Below, piece after piece: positions 9,776 through 18,444 of a DNA stretch of 64,000 nucleotides. This DNA comes from an uncultured Chloroflexia bacterium. GTDB taxonomy: Bacteria; Chloroflexota; Limnocylindria; Limnocylindrales; CSP1-4. Numbering within the stretch: the stretch's first letter is position 1; the number at the start of each line of letters is the position of its first letter. A model generated the notes under the pieces. The model saw only the letters and a list, made by a program, of their open reading frames with translations, was not told where the DNA came from and ran no database searches. Made by a program: the position numbers and the translations under genes. The DNA lies in the NCBI GenBank assembly GCA_963752475.1, contig CAVVYR010000006.1, positions 640,001 to 704,000 of the forward strand, written 5' to 3'.

Positions 9776-10845
9776 GCGGGTACCACGATGGTGTCGCCGG
9801 CGTCGAAGCTGCCGCTGACCTCCACGCCGGCGTCGTCGAAGAGGCCGACTTCGGCTGCGACCAGATAGGTGCTGCCGTCGTCGGCCACCATCTCGAGCGC
9901 GTAGCCTCCCTCGCGCAAGGCGAGGAGAGCGTCCACCGGAACGGTCAGTACGTCTGGGCGTGACTCGCGCACGACGCTGACGGAGACCTCGGCGCCGTCG
10001 AGATCACCCACGGCAGCGATGTCCTCGAGCTCGATGGTCACTTCCACCGTGGGCTCCGAGGCACCCGAGACCGTTTGGGCAACGCTGGAGATCTCGGTGA
10101 TCGTGCCGGCGGCATCGCTGCCGTCAGGTAGCTCGACGGTGACGGTGTCTCCCTCCCGCAGGATGTCGCGGCGGTCGGCCTCGAGGTCGAGCATGACCAC
10201 CAGGTCGGTGCCGCTGGTATAGGCCAGCACCTGTCCGGCCTGCGAGCGTGAGCCGAGCTCCGGAAGGACCTCCGTGATGCGCACGTCCCCGGGCAGGAAG
10301 GTGACCTCGCCCATCTCGATGCGGCCGTCCTGTTCCTGGTTGGTTCGCTTCTGCCACTGGGTGACGGCGTCCTCGGTCTTGACGCGGAAGTTCCAGTCGG
10401 GCTTGAAGTTCTGGCCCAGGATCTTGGGGAACCCGATCTGCTTGAGGCTGGTCTCGAGCTGCTTGATGTCCGGGCCGTTGTCGCTGTCGATACTCAGCGG
10501 TCGGTAGGCCGGCCGCTTGCCGTACATGAGGTAGCTGGTGTTGGTGCCGTCGACCTCGTAGATCTCGTCGCCCAGCGAGACGATCTCGCCGGCTTCCGGC
10601 AGGTCGGTGTAGGTGCCGTTCATGCCCGAGATGATCACGCCTTCTCCTGCGTAGCCGAGCGTGCCGTCGAACTCCTCGGTGGACTCGATGGTGCGCCGCT
10701 GCACGGTGGCGGTGGAGACCGGCACGATCGGTGTGGCGGCAGCGTTGGCAGCGTCATCCTCGGTGGCGAGGGGCAAGTCGGCGCTGACGAACACAGCGCC
10801 GACCACCAGCACGACGGTGATGGCGAGGACGAGGAGTCGCTGCAT
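9772..10845 (-). CDS. Efflux adaptor-like protein with peptidoglycan-binding-type insert
   Basis: N-terminal TM, barrel-sandwich-like region, [11 protein letters not shown]...T.DAV..WQ segment, C-terminal VPVDAL...VEVSG. Confidence 0.8.
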   Translation of the reverse strand: MQRLLVLAITVVLVVGAVFVSADLPLATEDDAANAAATPIVPVSTATVQRRTIESTEEFDGTLGYAGEGVIISGMNGTYTDLPEAGEIVSLGDEIYEVDGTNTSYLMYGKRPAYRPLSIDSDNGPDIKQLETSLKQIGFPKILGQNFKPDWNFRVKTEDAVTQWQKRTNQEQDGRIEMGEVTFLPGDVRITEVLPELGSRSQAGQVLAYTSGTDLVVMLDLEADRRDILREGDTVTVELPDGSDAAGTITEISSVAQTVSGASEPTVEVTIELEDIAAVGDLDGAEVSVSVVRESRPDVLTVPVDALLALREGGYALEMVADDGSTYLVAAEVGLFDDAGVEVSGSFDAGDTIVVPA

Positions 10846-10848
10846 GTC

Positions 10849-11487
10849 CTAGTTCCCTCCGTTCACACCGCCGGGGCCGTCGCCGCCACCGAAGCCCGGG
10901 CCATCCTCGAGGCCCATCTCGTCGCGGCACGCGCTGATGGCCTCCTGGAACTCGGGCGATCGACGATCGATGGCCATCTCAGCCATCTCCTGGCCCCGGA
11001 CACGCTCCAGTCGCCCGTCAGAGCCGATGGCAGGGTCAGGGTACTCCTCGAATCCCTGATCCCGGATGCATTGCGCCAGCGCCAACTGTTCCTCCAGACG
11101 CTCCTGTTCCTCCTCGGGGTCGATCTCCGGCCGCGCGGCCTCGAGGATGTGGACGCAGGACTCGTTGGCCGCGATGAACTCCTCCGAGCGTCGGTCGATA
11201 CCGGTGTCGCCGCCGCGGGGTCCGCCGCCGAGGACAGCGCGAGCGCCGCCCACTCCGGCTTGGGGATCGTCGACGTCGATGCCGTTGTCGCGAAGGCACT
11301 GAGCGTAGGCCAGCAGGGCCTCGTCCTGGTCCTCGAACTCGATGACCTCAGCGGCCGCGTCGGGCTCGGGTGTCTCATCGGGGCTCACCAGCGTGGCCAC
11401 CTGCGCCGATGCGCCGACCGTCAGCACCAACGTCAGACCGAAGGCGATGGATGTCGCGCCGAGAGTGCTTCTGGGGAAGAGGTTCAT
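10849..11487 (-). CDS. Secreted protein with two CxRxxG...DP repeats
   Basis: Signal peptide ending ASA-Q; AQCLRDNGIDVDDP and AQCIRDQGFEEYPDP. Confidence 0.8.
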   Translation of the reverse strand: MNLFPRSTLGATSIAFGLTLVLTVGASAQVATLVSPDETPEPDAAAEVIEFEDQDEALLAYAQCLRDNGIDVDDPQAGVGGARAVLGGGPRGGDTGIDRRSEEFIAANESCVHILEAARPEIDPEEEQERLEEQLALAQCIRDQGFEEYPDPAIGSDGRLERVRGQEMAEMAIDRRSPEFQEAISACRDEMGLEDGPGFGGGDGPGGVNGGN

Positions 11488-11588
11488 GGTTCGATCGCTC
11501 CGTGGACGGCGGTCTGGTCGTGGATGACGAACATGCTCCCGACCGCTAGTCAGGCTCTGATGGCCACGTGTAAGGCCGGTGTAACGGC

Positions 11589-12164
11589 CTAAGGTGCACC
11601 AGGAGCCGAGGGCGCACCATCGGCAGGATCGAAGCCGATGTCGGCGGCACAGGTCACGAAGGCCTGCTGGAAGTCGGGGTCGAAGGGGTCGAACGAGCCC
11701 ATGTCGCGGAAGGTGAAGCCCTGGACCGGATCGGGATCGGGGAAGTCCTCGATGCCCTCGCGACGCATGCACTCGGCCAGCACCAGCTGCTGCTCGACCT
11801 GCTCGGCCTGTTGCTCGGGATCGACCTCCGGCATCACGGCCTCCAGGAACTCCTCGCAGGCGTCCATGGCGTCGATGAACGTGTCGCCCGTGAGGTCGAT
11901 GCCCAAGATCACGCTGGGGTCGGCGAAGGTGGGGCCCTCCGGTCCGAACTGCGGATCGGGGATGTCCAGCCCGTTGTCGCGCAGACAGGCGACGAGGTCG
12001 AGGATGGCCTGCTCGTCGTCGAGCTCCTCGGAGGGCGCCTGGGATGCCTCCGCGTCGGGGTCGGGCGTGGCCAGCGTAGCCACCTGAGCCACCGCCGTCG
12101 AGCCGAGCAGCAGCATCAGAAGGATGGTCAGGAGCGGCAGAGCCGCAGCACGATATCGCTTCAT
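11589..12164 (-). CDS. Secreted protein, paralog of 10849-11487
   Basis: Signal peptide ending AVA-Q; CLRDNGLDIPDP and CMRREGIEDFPDP. Confidence 0.8.
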   Translation of the reverse strand: MKRYRAAALPLLTILLMLLLGSTAVAQVATLATPDPDAEASQAPSEELDDEQAILDLVACLRDNGLDIPDPQFGPEGPTFADPSVILGIDLTGDTFIDAMDACEEFLEAVMPEVDPEQQAEQVEQQLVLAECMRREGIEDFPDPDPVQGFTFRDMGSFDPFDPDFQQAFVTCAADIGFDPADGAPSAPGAP

Positions 12165-12195
12165 GACTGCAGCATAGATCGGGTCCGCACTGTCG

Positions 12196-13497
12196 TCACG
12201 CGTCGGTCCTGGGGTGGTGGTGCATGTGCATCTGCCAGGCCGATCTGCGCGGTTCCTGTTCGCCCAGTCGTTCGGCGGCGCCGTCAGGCAGCCCATCGGC
12301 GTAGCGTCCGTACCACCTGGCCAACGGCGTCGCGCTGAAGCCGTGGAGGATCACCGACAGCACGACCGTCCAGGCCACCACCGGCCCGAGCGGATCGGAG
12401 GGCACCCCGGCATGCTCGAGCGCCTCGATTCCGAGGAGGACGAACACGATGCTCGCGAGACCGCGTGGCCCGAACCAGCCCACGAACAGGATGCTCACGC
12501 GGTCGAACCCGGAGCCGACCAGCGCCAGCGCGACCGGCACCATGCGCACGACCGTGAGCGAGAGCAGGGCGTAGACGACGACCATGGGGTCGCTGAGCTC
12601 GACGATGTGTTCGTGGACCACGATGAGGCCGAAGATGAGCCAGACCACGATGGAGAGCAACGCGCCCTGGGCCTCGGTGAAGCTGACGGCGGACTCGACG
12701 CGCTCCTTGTGGCCCATGCCGAAGGCGAGGCCCGCGGCGAAGGCGGCGATGAAGCCGCTGGCGTCGAGCCCGGCGGCGATGAAGAACGCGCCCAGGGCCA
12801 GCGCCAGCGTGGCCAGCTGGCGTGAGCTCGGCGAAGCGGTCTTGCGGAGGTCGGCGCGGATCAGCAGCCAGCGACCCACGCCGCCGATGAGGATGCCCGT
12901 GAGCGCGGCGACCGCCACTTCGCGGACCGCCTCCCAGATCGGCTGTACGCCACCGACATCGCCGTAGACCGCGAGTGCGATGGCGACGGTGATGAGCGGC
13001 GCCACGATGCCGTCGTTGAGCCCGCTCTCGACGTTGAGGATGCGGCGCACCCGCGCCGGGACCGAGGTGTCGGTGATGACCTGATGGCCCAGGTCGGCAT
13101 CGGTGGGCGCGAGGGTCGCGCCGATCAGCAGCGCCAGGCCGAACGTGATGCCCGGGAAGAGACCCAGGGCGAGGGCGGTGCCGATGGCGACGGTGAGCGG
13201 CAGCCCGATCGCGAGCATGCGCCCGACGACGCTGGAGTCGAGCTCGAGCCGCTTGAGCCGGATGGTAGAGGCGGCAGCGAAGAGCACGAGCGCCAGGGTG
13301 ATCTCCGCGAGCACGCCCAGCACATCTGTCGCTGGCAGCTCCTCCGCGAACCCGCCCAGCCCGGCGCCGGCGATGACGGCACCGATGACAAGGAACGCGA
13401 AGGCCGCCGAGATCGACCAGCGGGCCAACCGGACCGCGACCATGCTGTAGGCCGCCACGAGCAGCGCGAGCAGGCCGAAGCCGAGATGGAGGTCCAC
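12196..13497 (-). CDS. CPA1/NhaP-type cation:proton antiporter
   Basis: LAPTDA, LNVESGLNDG, GWFGPRGLAS; many TMs; His-rich tail. Confidence 0.93.
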   Translation of the reverse strand: MDLHLGFGLLALLVAAYSMVAVRLARWSISAAFAFLVIGAVIAGAGLGGFAEELPATDVLGVLAEITLALVLFAAASTIRLKRLELDSSVVGRMLAIGLPLTVAIGTALALGLFPGITFGLALLIGATLAPTDADLGHQVITDTSVPARVRRILNVESGLNDGIVAPLITVAIALAVYGDVGGVQPIWEAVREVAVAALTGILIGGVGRWLLIRADLRKTASPSSRQLATLALALGAFFIAAGLDASGFIAAFAAGLAFGMGHKERVESAVSFTEAQGALLSIVVWLIFGLIVVHEHIVELSDPMVVVYALLSLTVVRMVPVALALVGSGFDRVSILFVGWFGPRGLASIVFVLLGIEALEHAGVPSDPLGPVVAWTVVLSVILHGFSATPLARWYGRYADGLPDGAAERLGEQEPRRSAWQMHMHHHPRTDA

Positions 13498-13533
13498 GCG
13501 ACGAGTCTAGTCAGCGGGGCCGAGGCCGGAGGC

Positions 13534-14646
13534 CTAGTCGCGGCGCTTCGTGTACCGGTATCGACGGTAGACGTCCGGCTCACGCCGGGCGACAAGCTCC
13601 GCCAGCGACGCACCTTCGGCCTCGAGCGCCTCGCGGTCCGCAGGCGTCAACGGCTCGAACGGTTCGAGCACGATCCTCGGCCGGTCCTCCCGGTCGGATT
13701 CCGCCCACCACAGGCCGGCCACGTAGCCGTCGACCGTGAACGTCGGCAACACGTCGCCGGCCTTGACGATGACGCGCTTGCGGTAGGGCTCAGGCAGCAC
13801 CCGGTCTCGTTCGGCGTAGGCCAGCAACGTCTCGTCCCACATGGGCAGCAGACGTGGCGGCGCGGGCGTCGCCGCATCGGGGAGGGGAGCATCGGGCAGG
13901 TCGAAGAGGACTCGACCGCGCGAGTCCTCGTAGGTGACGACCTCTGAGATCCGCTCGATGCCGCGCCGAAGGCTTCGGACGGCGAGGCCCGACCACTGTG
14001 CGATGTCGGCCGGGCGCGAGGGGCCGAAGGCGCGCAGGTGGCTGCGTACGACGTGCTCGAGTGCGGCCTCCTCGTCCGGCTCCGGGTCGGGCAGCCAGCT
14101 CCGGGCGGCGATCTGGACCGGGCGGCGCCCGAAGGTCCAGGGCTCCGTGCCGGGGACGTGGACGAAGGCGCCGTGGCGACGGATGCGTCGCCACAGCTCA
14201 TCGGCGGGGACCGACTCGCCGAGGGTCCCGGCATGGTCACGCAGCTCCACGTTGGTCCGTGGCTCGGAGGCAAAGGCCAGCGACTCCTCGGTCAGGTCCG
14301 GCAGCGTCCGTTCGACCGGTCGGCCGCGCGCCTCCTGCATCCACTTGCTCCGCGTGACCGCCAGGAGCGCGGTCACCGAAGCGCGGTAGTCGGCCGTGCT
14401 GACGACATGGAGCGTGCTGCGCCCGAGGGTGGCCTTGACCAGGTCGCGCCGGTGGAGGGCGAGGTTCAGGGCATCGGGCTCGAAGCCGTCACTGCGGGTC
14501 CAGAGGGCGATGTAGGGCGAGGCCGGCTCCTGGGCCTGGAGTCCGCCGACGGCCTCGGTGAGGGCCACGGGGTCGAGGTCACTGCGTCGGAGCAGTGCCT
14601 GGCGTGCGAGCGTGGCCCGGTTGAGTCGTCGATCGGTCAGGCGCAT
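13534..14646 (-). CDS. AlkZ/YcaQ-like (HTH_42) DNA glycosylase family protein
   Basis: LNRATLARQ, GLQAQ (QxQ motif), RSTLH, FGP...D...WSG, RLLP.WD. Confidence 0.88.
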   Translation of the reverse strand: MRLTDRRLNRATLARQALLRRSDLDPVALTEAVGGLQAQEPASPYIALWTRSDGFEPDALNLALHRRDLVKATLGRSTLHVVSTADYRASVTALLAVTRSKWMQEARGRPVERTLPDLTEESLAFASEPRTNVELRDHAGTLGESVPADELWRRIRRHGAFVHVPGTEPWTFGRRPVQIAARSWLPDPEPDEEAALEHVVRSHLRAFGPSRPADIAQWSGLAVRSLRRGIERISEVVTYEDSRGRVLFDLPDAPLPDAATPAPPRLLPMWDETLLAYAERDRVLPEPYRKRVIVKAGDVLPTFTVDGYVAGLWWAESDREDRPRIVLEPFEPLTPADREALEAEGASLAELVARREPDVYRRYRYTKRRD

Positions 14647-14656
14647 GGCCCGGCCG

Positions 14657-15511
14657 TCAGCGAGGGAGGTCGCCGTCTCCGGCGTCCTGATCACGCAGGA
14701 AGCGCTCGATCTCGCCGATGAGTTCCTCACCCGACGGCAGACGCGTCTCGTCGGTCATCTCCTCGAGCCGCTCGACGTACGAGGTGGTGGAGTCGTCCGA
14801 CGCCGCAGCCGCGTCCAGCTTGGTGCTGATGCTATGGGCCTCCAGCTCCAGCGCCGAGGTGGAGATGGCCTCGCCGACGTGGTACTCGAGCGCCCGCACG
14901 AGTGCTACGGCCGCGGCAGGGTACTCGCCGTTGACGTAGTGGGGGACCTGGGCGAAGTATCCGAGCGTGGGGATGCCGGCCTCGGCGATGGTGATGTCGA
15001 TGACCGAGACGGCGGCGGCCGGTACCTGCATGGAACCGGTGGGGCCGGCTTCGACGCCGCCCTTGAGCAGACCCTCCGCTGAGGCGATGCCCAGGATGTT
15101 CACCGAGCGCGTGTGCGGCACCGCCGCCGGGATGGCCCCCAGCGTCATCCATTCCTTCACGCCCAGGTCGGCGGCGAGCATGACCAGCTCGCGCGAGAGC
15201 TCGCGCCAGCGATAGTCGGGCTCGGGGCCCATGAGGATCAGTACGTCGCGCTGCTCGAAACGCCGATGCAGCACCCTGAGCTGCGGCCAGTCGGCTGAGA
15301 TGAGGCGTCCGTCGTCGATATGCAGCGCGGGTCGGCGAGCGCGGTAGTCATAGAGCCCGTCGGCCTCGATACCGGCGATGGGCTGGGCATCCTCGGCCAC
15401 GAGCCGGGCGGCCATGGTGGCGGCGGTGCCAGCGTCGACCCAGGCGTCGAAGGCCACGATCATCAACGGGTCGGTGAGTGGCGGGTGGTCGTGCAGGTGG
15501 TACAGGGTCAC
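14657..15511 (-). CDS. PAC2 (proteasome assembly chaperone) family protein
   Basis: AFDAWVDAG, YDYRARRP, GPEPDYRW, VPHTR, QVPHY. Confidence 0.9.
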   Translation of the reverse strand: MTLYHLHDHPPLTDPLMIVAFDAWVDAGTAATMAARLVAEDAQPIAGIEADGLYDYRARRPALHIDDGRLISADWPQLRVLHRRFEQRDVLILMGPEPDYRWRELSRELVMLAADLGVKEWMTLGAIPAAVPHTRSVNILGIASAEGLLKGGVEAGPTGSMQVPAAAVSVIDITIAEAGIPTLGYFAQVPHYVNGEYPAAAVALVRALEYHVGEAISTSALELEAHSISTKLDAAAASDDSTTSYVERLEEMTDETRLPSGEELIGEIERFLRDQDAGDGDLPR

Positions 15512-15563
15512 GTGGCACAGGATAGGTGTGGGGTCCACTTGTCGCAGGCGTAGACTCCGGCCG

Positions 15564-16343
15564 ATGCGACTTGACCGCGCACTCGCCCATGACCTCGCCC
15601 GGGCCTCGCGTTCACGCCCGATCCAGCTGTACCTGGCCATGCAGCTCGCGGCCGCCGCGGTGTTCGTCGTTCGTCGAGACGAGATCACCGTCACGATGGT
15701 GCTGCTCATCTGGCTGGGCCTGGCCGCGGTGGCCTTCACTGCCTGGTGGGCTGGCCGGCACCGACGGGCACATCCGGATCCCGACCCGATGCCGGCAGCC
15801 GGTCCCCGCAGCGCCTTTGCGCTGATCGTGGCTCTTGGGTGGGTCGTTTGGAGCTTCGGCCTCGGTGCACAGCTCGGCTTCCTGCTCACGCTCGTCGGTG
15901 GCGGTGGCTGGGTCTGGTCGTACGTGCGGGCGGGAGGTCACCACGGGCTGCGCGAGCGCTGCCTGCGAGACCCGCGTCCCTTCCTGGGTCTGTACATCCT
16001 CATCGCCCTGCCACGGCTGCTGGTGGTGGGGCCGTTCTACGTGGTCGACGTGGTCTTCGCACTGCCCAGCGGGATCGGCCAGCAGTTGCTCCTGCTGGTG
16101 GCCCTGTTCGCGCCGCTGGAGGCCTGGAGCCGACGACCCGGGTGGGCGGCACTGGCGTCCGCTACGGTCTTTGCCATCCTGCACGTGCCCCTCGTGATGG
16201 AGCCCAACGGCGACGATGTCCCGAGCGCCGTGGCCAATGCGGTCATCTTCCAGCTGAGCGTGGGCTTCATCGCGGTCCTGGCCTATCGACGTCATCGCTC
16301 GGCCGCGGCCGTGGGTGTGGCGCACGCGATGACCATCGCCTGA
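15564..16343 (+). CDS. CPBP/Abi-like intramembrane protein
   Basis: Multi-TM; FAILH and AH motifs; the usual EE motif appears as QQ, so activity is doubtful. Confidence 0.65.
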   Translation: MRLDRALAHDLARASRSRPIQLYLAMQLAAAAVFVVRRDEITVTMVLLIWLGLAAVAFTAWWAGRHRRAHPDPDPMPAAGPRSAFALIVALGWVVWSFGLGAQLGFLLTLVGGGGWVWSYVRAGGHHGLRERCLRDPRPFLGLYILIALPRLLVVGPFYVVDVVFALPSGIGQQLLLLVALFAPLEAWSRRPGWAALASATVFAILHVPLVMEPNGDDVPSAVANAVIFQLSVGFIAVLAYRRHRSAAAVGVAHAMTIA

Positions 16344-16397
16344 GGCTCATACTCGACCCGTGGGTCGACGTTCGCGATCCATGGACCGATGACCTGA

Positions 16398-16997
16398 TCA
16401 GGAGGACAGGAGGGCGTCGACCCCGAGCGCGTCGGCGTGCTCGGCTTCAGCAATGGCTCGATGATCGGTTCCTACCTCGTCGGCACCGACGCGCGCCCGG
16501 CGGCCTTCGCTTCATGGTCGGGCGCCATCTACGACGGTGAGGTGCAGGCGCCGTTCCTGGCGCCGAGCCTGGAGTCCTGCGAGGCCACTGGGGAAGGCCA
16601 GATCGAGCTCGACCTCGGTTGGCGCACGATCGTCCATAGCTGCGACTACTTCAGCTCGCAGATGGCCGGCACCGCCCTGACCGAGTTAGCGGACTTCGCG
16701 GGCCCGCTCCTGCTCATGGCCGCCTCGGCCGACGCTGCGGTCGACCCCCAAGTGTCCGTGAACGCGTCGACCGCCAGTCAGAGCGAGGACGTCACCCTCG
16801 ACGTCATCGAGGGCGGTGACCACACCTTCCTGGTCCCTACCGAGGATCAGACCATGGCCGACTACGTGATCGACACGACCGCTGATCGGTTCGCCGCGAA
16901 GTTCTTGTCCCGGTCGCTGACGGTACGAAGAGGGCGGGGCGCCTGCATGGCGCCCCGCCCTCTTCGTATGTCTGACGTGATGGCCACGACAGCGTGA
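16398..16997 (+). pseudogene. N-terminally truncated alpha/beta hydrolase
   Basis: VDPERVGVLGFSNG (GxSxG), D..V, GGDH; in-frame stop just upstream and no N-terminal half. Confidence 0.65.
16924..16968. terminator. Perfect 20-bp stem hairpin between convergent genes
   Basis: TACGAAGAGGGCGGGGCGCC-TGCAT-GGCGCCCCGCCCTCTTCGTA. Confidence 0.75.
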
Positions 16998-18228
16998 CTA
17001 GCGCGAGGGATCCATCGACAGCGGTACGACCAGCTCGGTCCAGAACTTCTCCTCATCGATGAAGTTCTGGATGGCGGCCTTCTGCGTACCGACTGGGCCG
17101 ATGTCCTCCCGGAACGCCAGACTCCGGCCATAGTCGAGCCCGTCGTTGGTGTCGACATCGACGTAGACGCCATAGATCGGCTGGGGCACGCCGTCCTCGG
17201 GGCGTGGGTCATCGTTCCACGAGAGCACGATCGAGGGATCGATGACATAGCCGGCAGCGAACAGGTCCCAGATGTTGCCGATGGTGATCGGACGATCCTG
17301 TGCGATGCGTGATTCCTCACGCGCCAGGAAGAGCTCCTGCATCCCCGGGAAGGTGCCGTCGACCATCTCCCTGTACTGGTCTTCGGGCATGGCGCCGGTA
17401 TTGGCGTTGGCCTCCAGGCCGGCGATCATCTGGTTGCCGTAGCTCGCGTAGGACTCTGAATCGGGGTCACCCCACTGCTGGCGGACGGCGATCTTGGCGG
17501 CCTCTGGATCGGCCCACCAGTTGAACTCCGCGGATGCCGAGGAGTTGCCTGGCAGGTAGAACGACCCGCCCATGTAGACCATCTCCTTGACGTTCCCCGC
17601 GAACGCAGGGTCCTTCATGATGGCTCGGGCGATGTTGGTGAGGGGGCCGATGGCCACGACCGTGACCTCGCCCGGGTACTTGGCGACCTGATCCACCAGG
17701 AAGCCGATGGCCTCGTCGTTGCCGTCGGCGTCGGGTACGCCCTCTTCGTAGACGTGCTCGTATGTCGGTGCTTCGCCGTACTTGGACTCGTAGACCTCGA
17801 CCCAGTCGGCCATGGGGTCGCCGCCGATGGTCTCGTCGTAGTGGCCCAGGTAGCCAGGCCAGGAAACGACCGGGCTCAAGCCCTGTTCGGCGGCGAGGAT
17901 CTCGGGGTCGAAGCGCCAGTTGCGGAAGCCGAAGCGGCTGCCCGCGTAGATGGGCGTGTCGAGATCCGAGCGCCTCGAGCTGACGGACGCCCGTGGCGAT
18001 GCCGGCCGGCATGGGCGTGTTGCCCGACACGATGGTGACGCCGAGCAGATCGATGTTTTCGGCCCGGTCGAGCATGAGCATGGCCATGCCGTCATCGAAC
18101 AACTCGACCATGTCGGTGTCGAGGATGACCTTCTGGGCCCCCTCGTCCTGGGCAGCGACGGCGCTGCCCGCTACGGATGTCATGAGTGCGCCGGAGATGG
18201 CCAGCGCCAATAGTCTCTTGTGGTGCAA
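16998..18228 (-). pseudogene. Secreted nucleoside hydrolase (IU-NH family), single frameshift near 17965
   Basis: Signal peptide, VILDTD...DD, GVTIVSGN in one frame; TPIYAG, IGPLTNIA, MGGS, AEFNWWADPEAA in another. Confidence 0.85.
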
Positions 18229-18372
18229 TTCTTCTCCCCGTTGGAGAGCCCCGTGGTCGTCCGCTCGGGGCGATCGCGACGCTCGAAGCTGTGAGTCTCG
18301 TCAGGGTGAGATGTCGGCTCGCGTGCCTCCTTCCTGTCGACTTGACACCGTGCCGCACCACGCTATCACGCG

Positions 18373-18398
18373 CGCAAACGCTCGCGCAATCGTTTACA
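18373..18398. promoter_or_regulatory. Tandem LacI-type operators upstream of nucleoside hydrolase
   Basis: CGCAAACGCTCGCG and CGCAATCGTTTACA at 12-bp offset, matching sites at 26770 and 28123. Confidence 0.7.
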
Positions 18399-18444
18399 TG
18401 TCGGTCAGCGCAGGACGATCGCGAGCCGCGGTGCTCGCGGCCGG

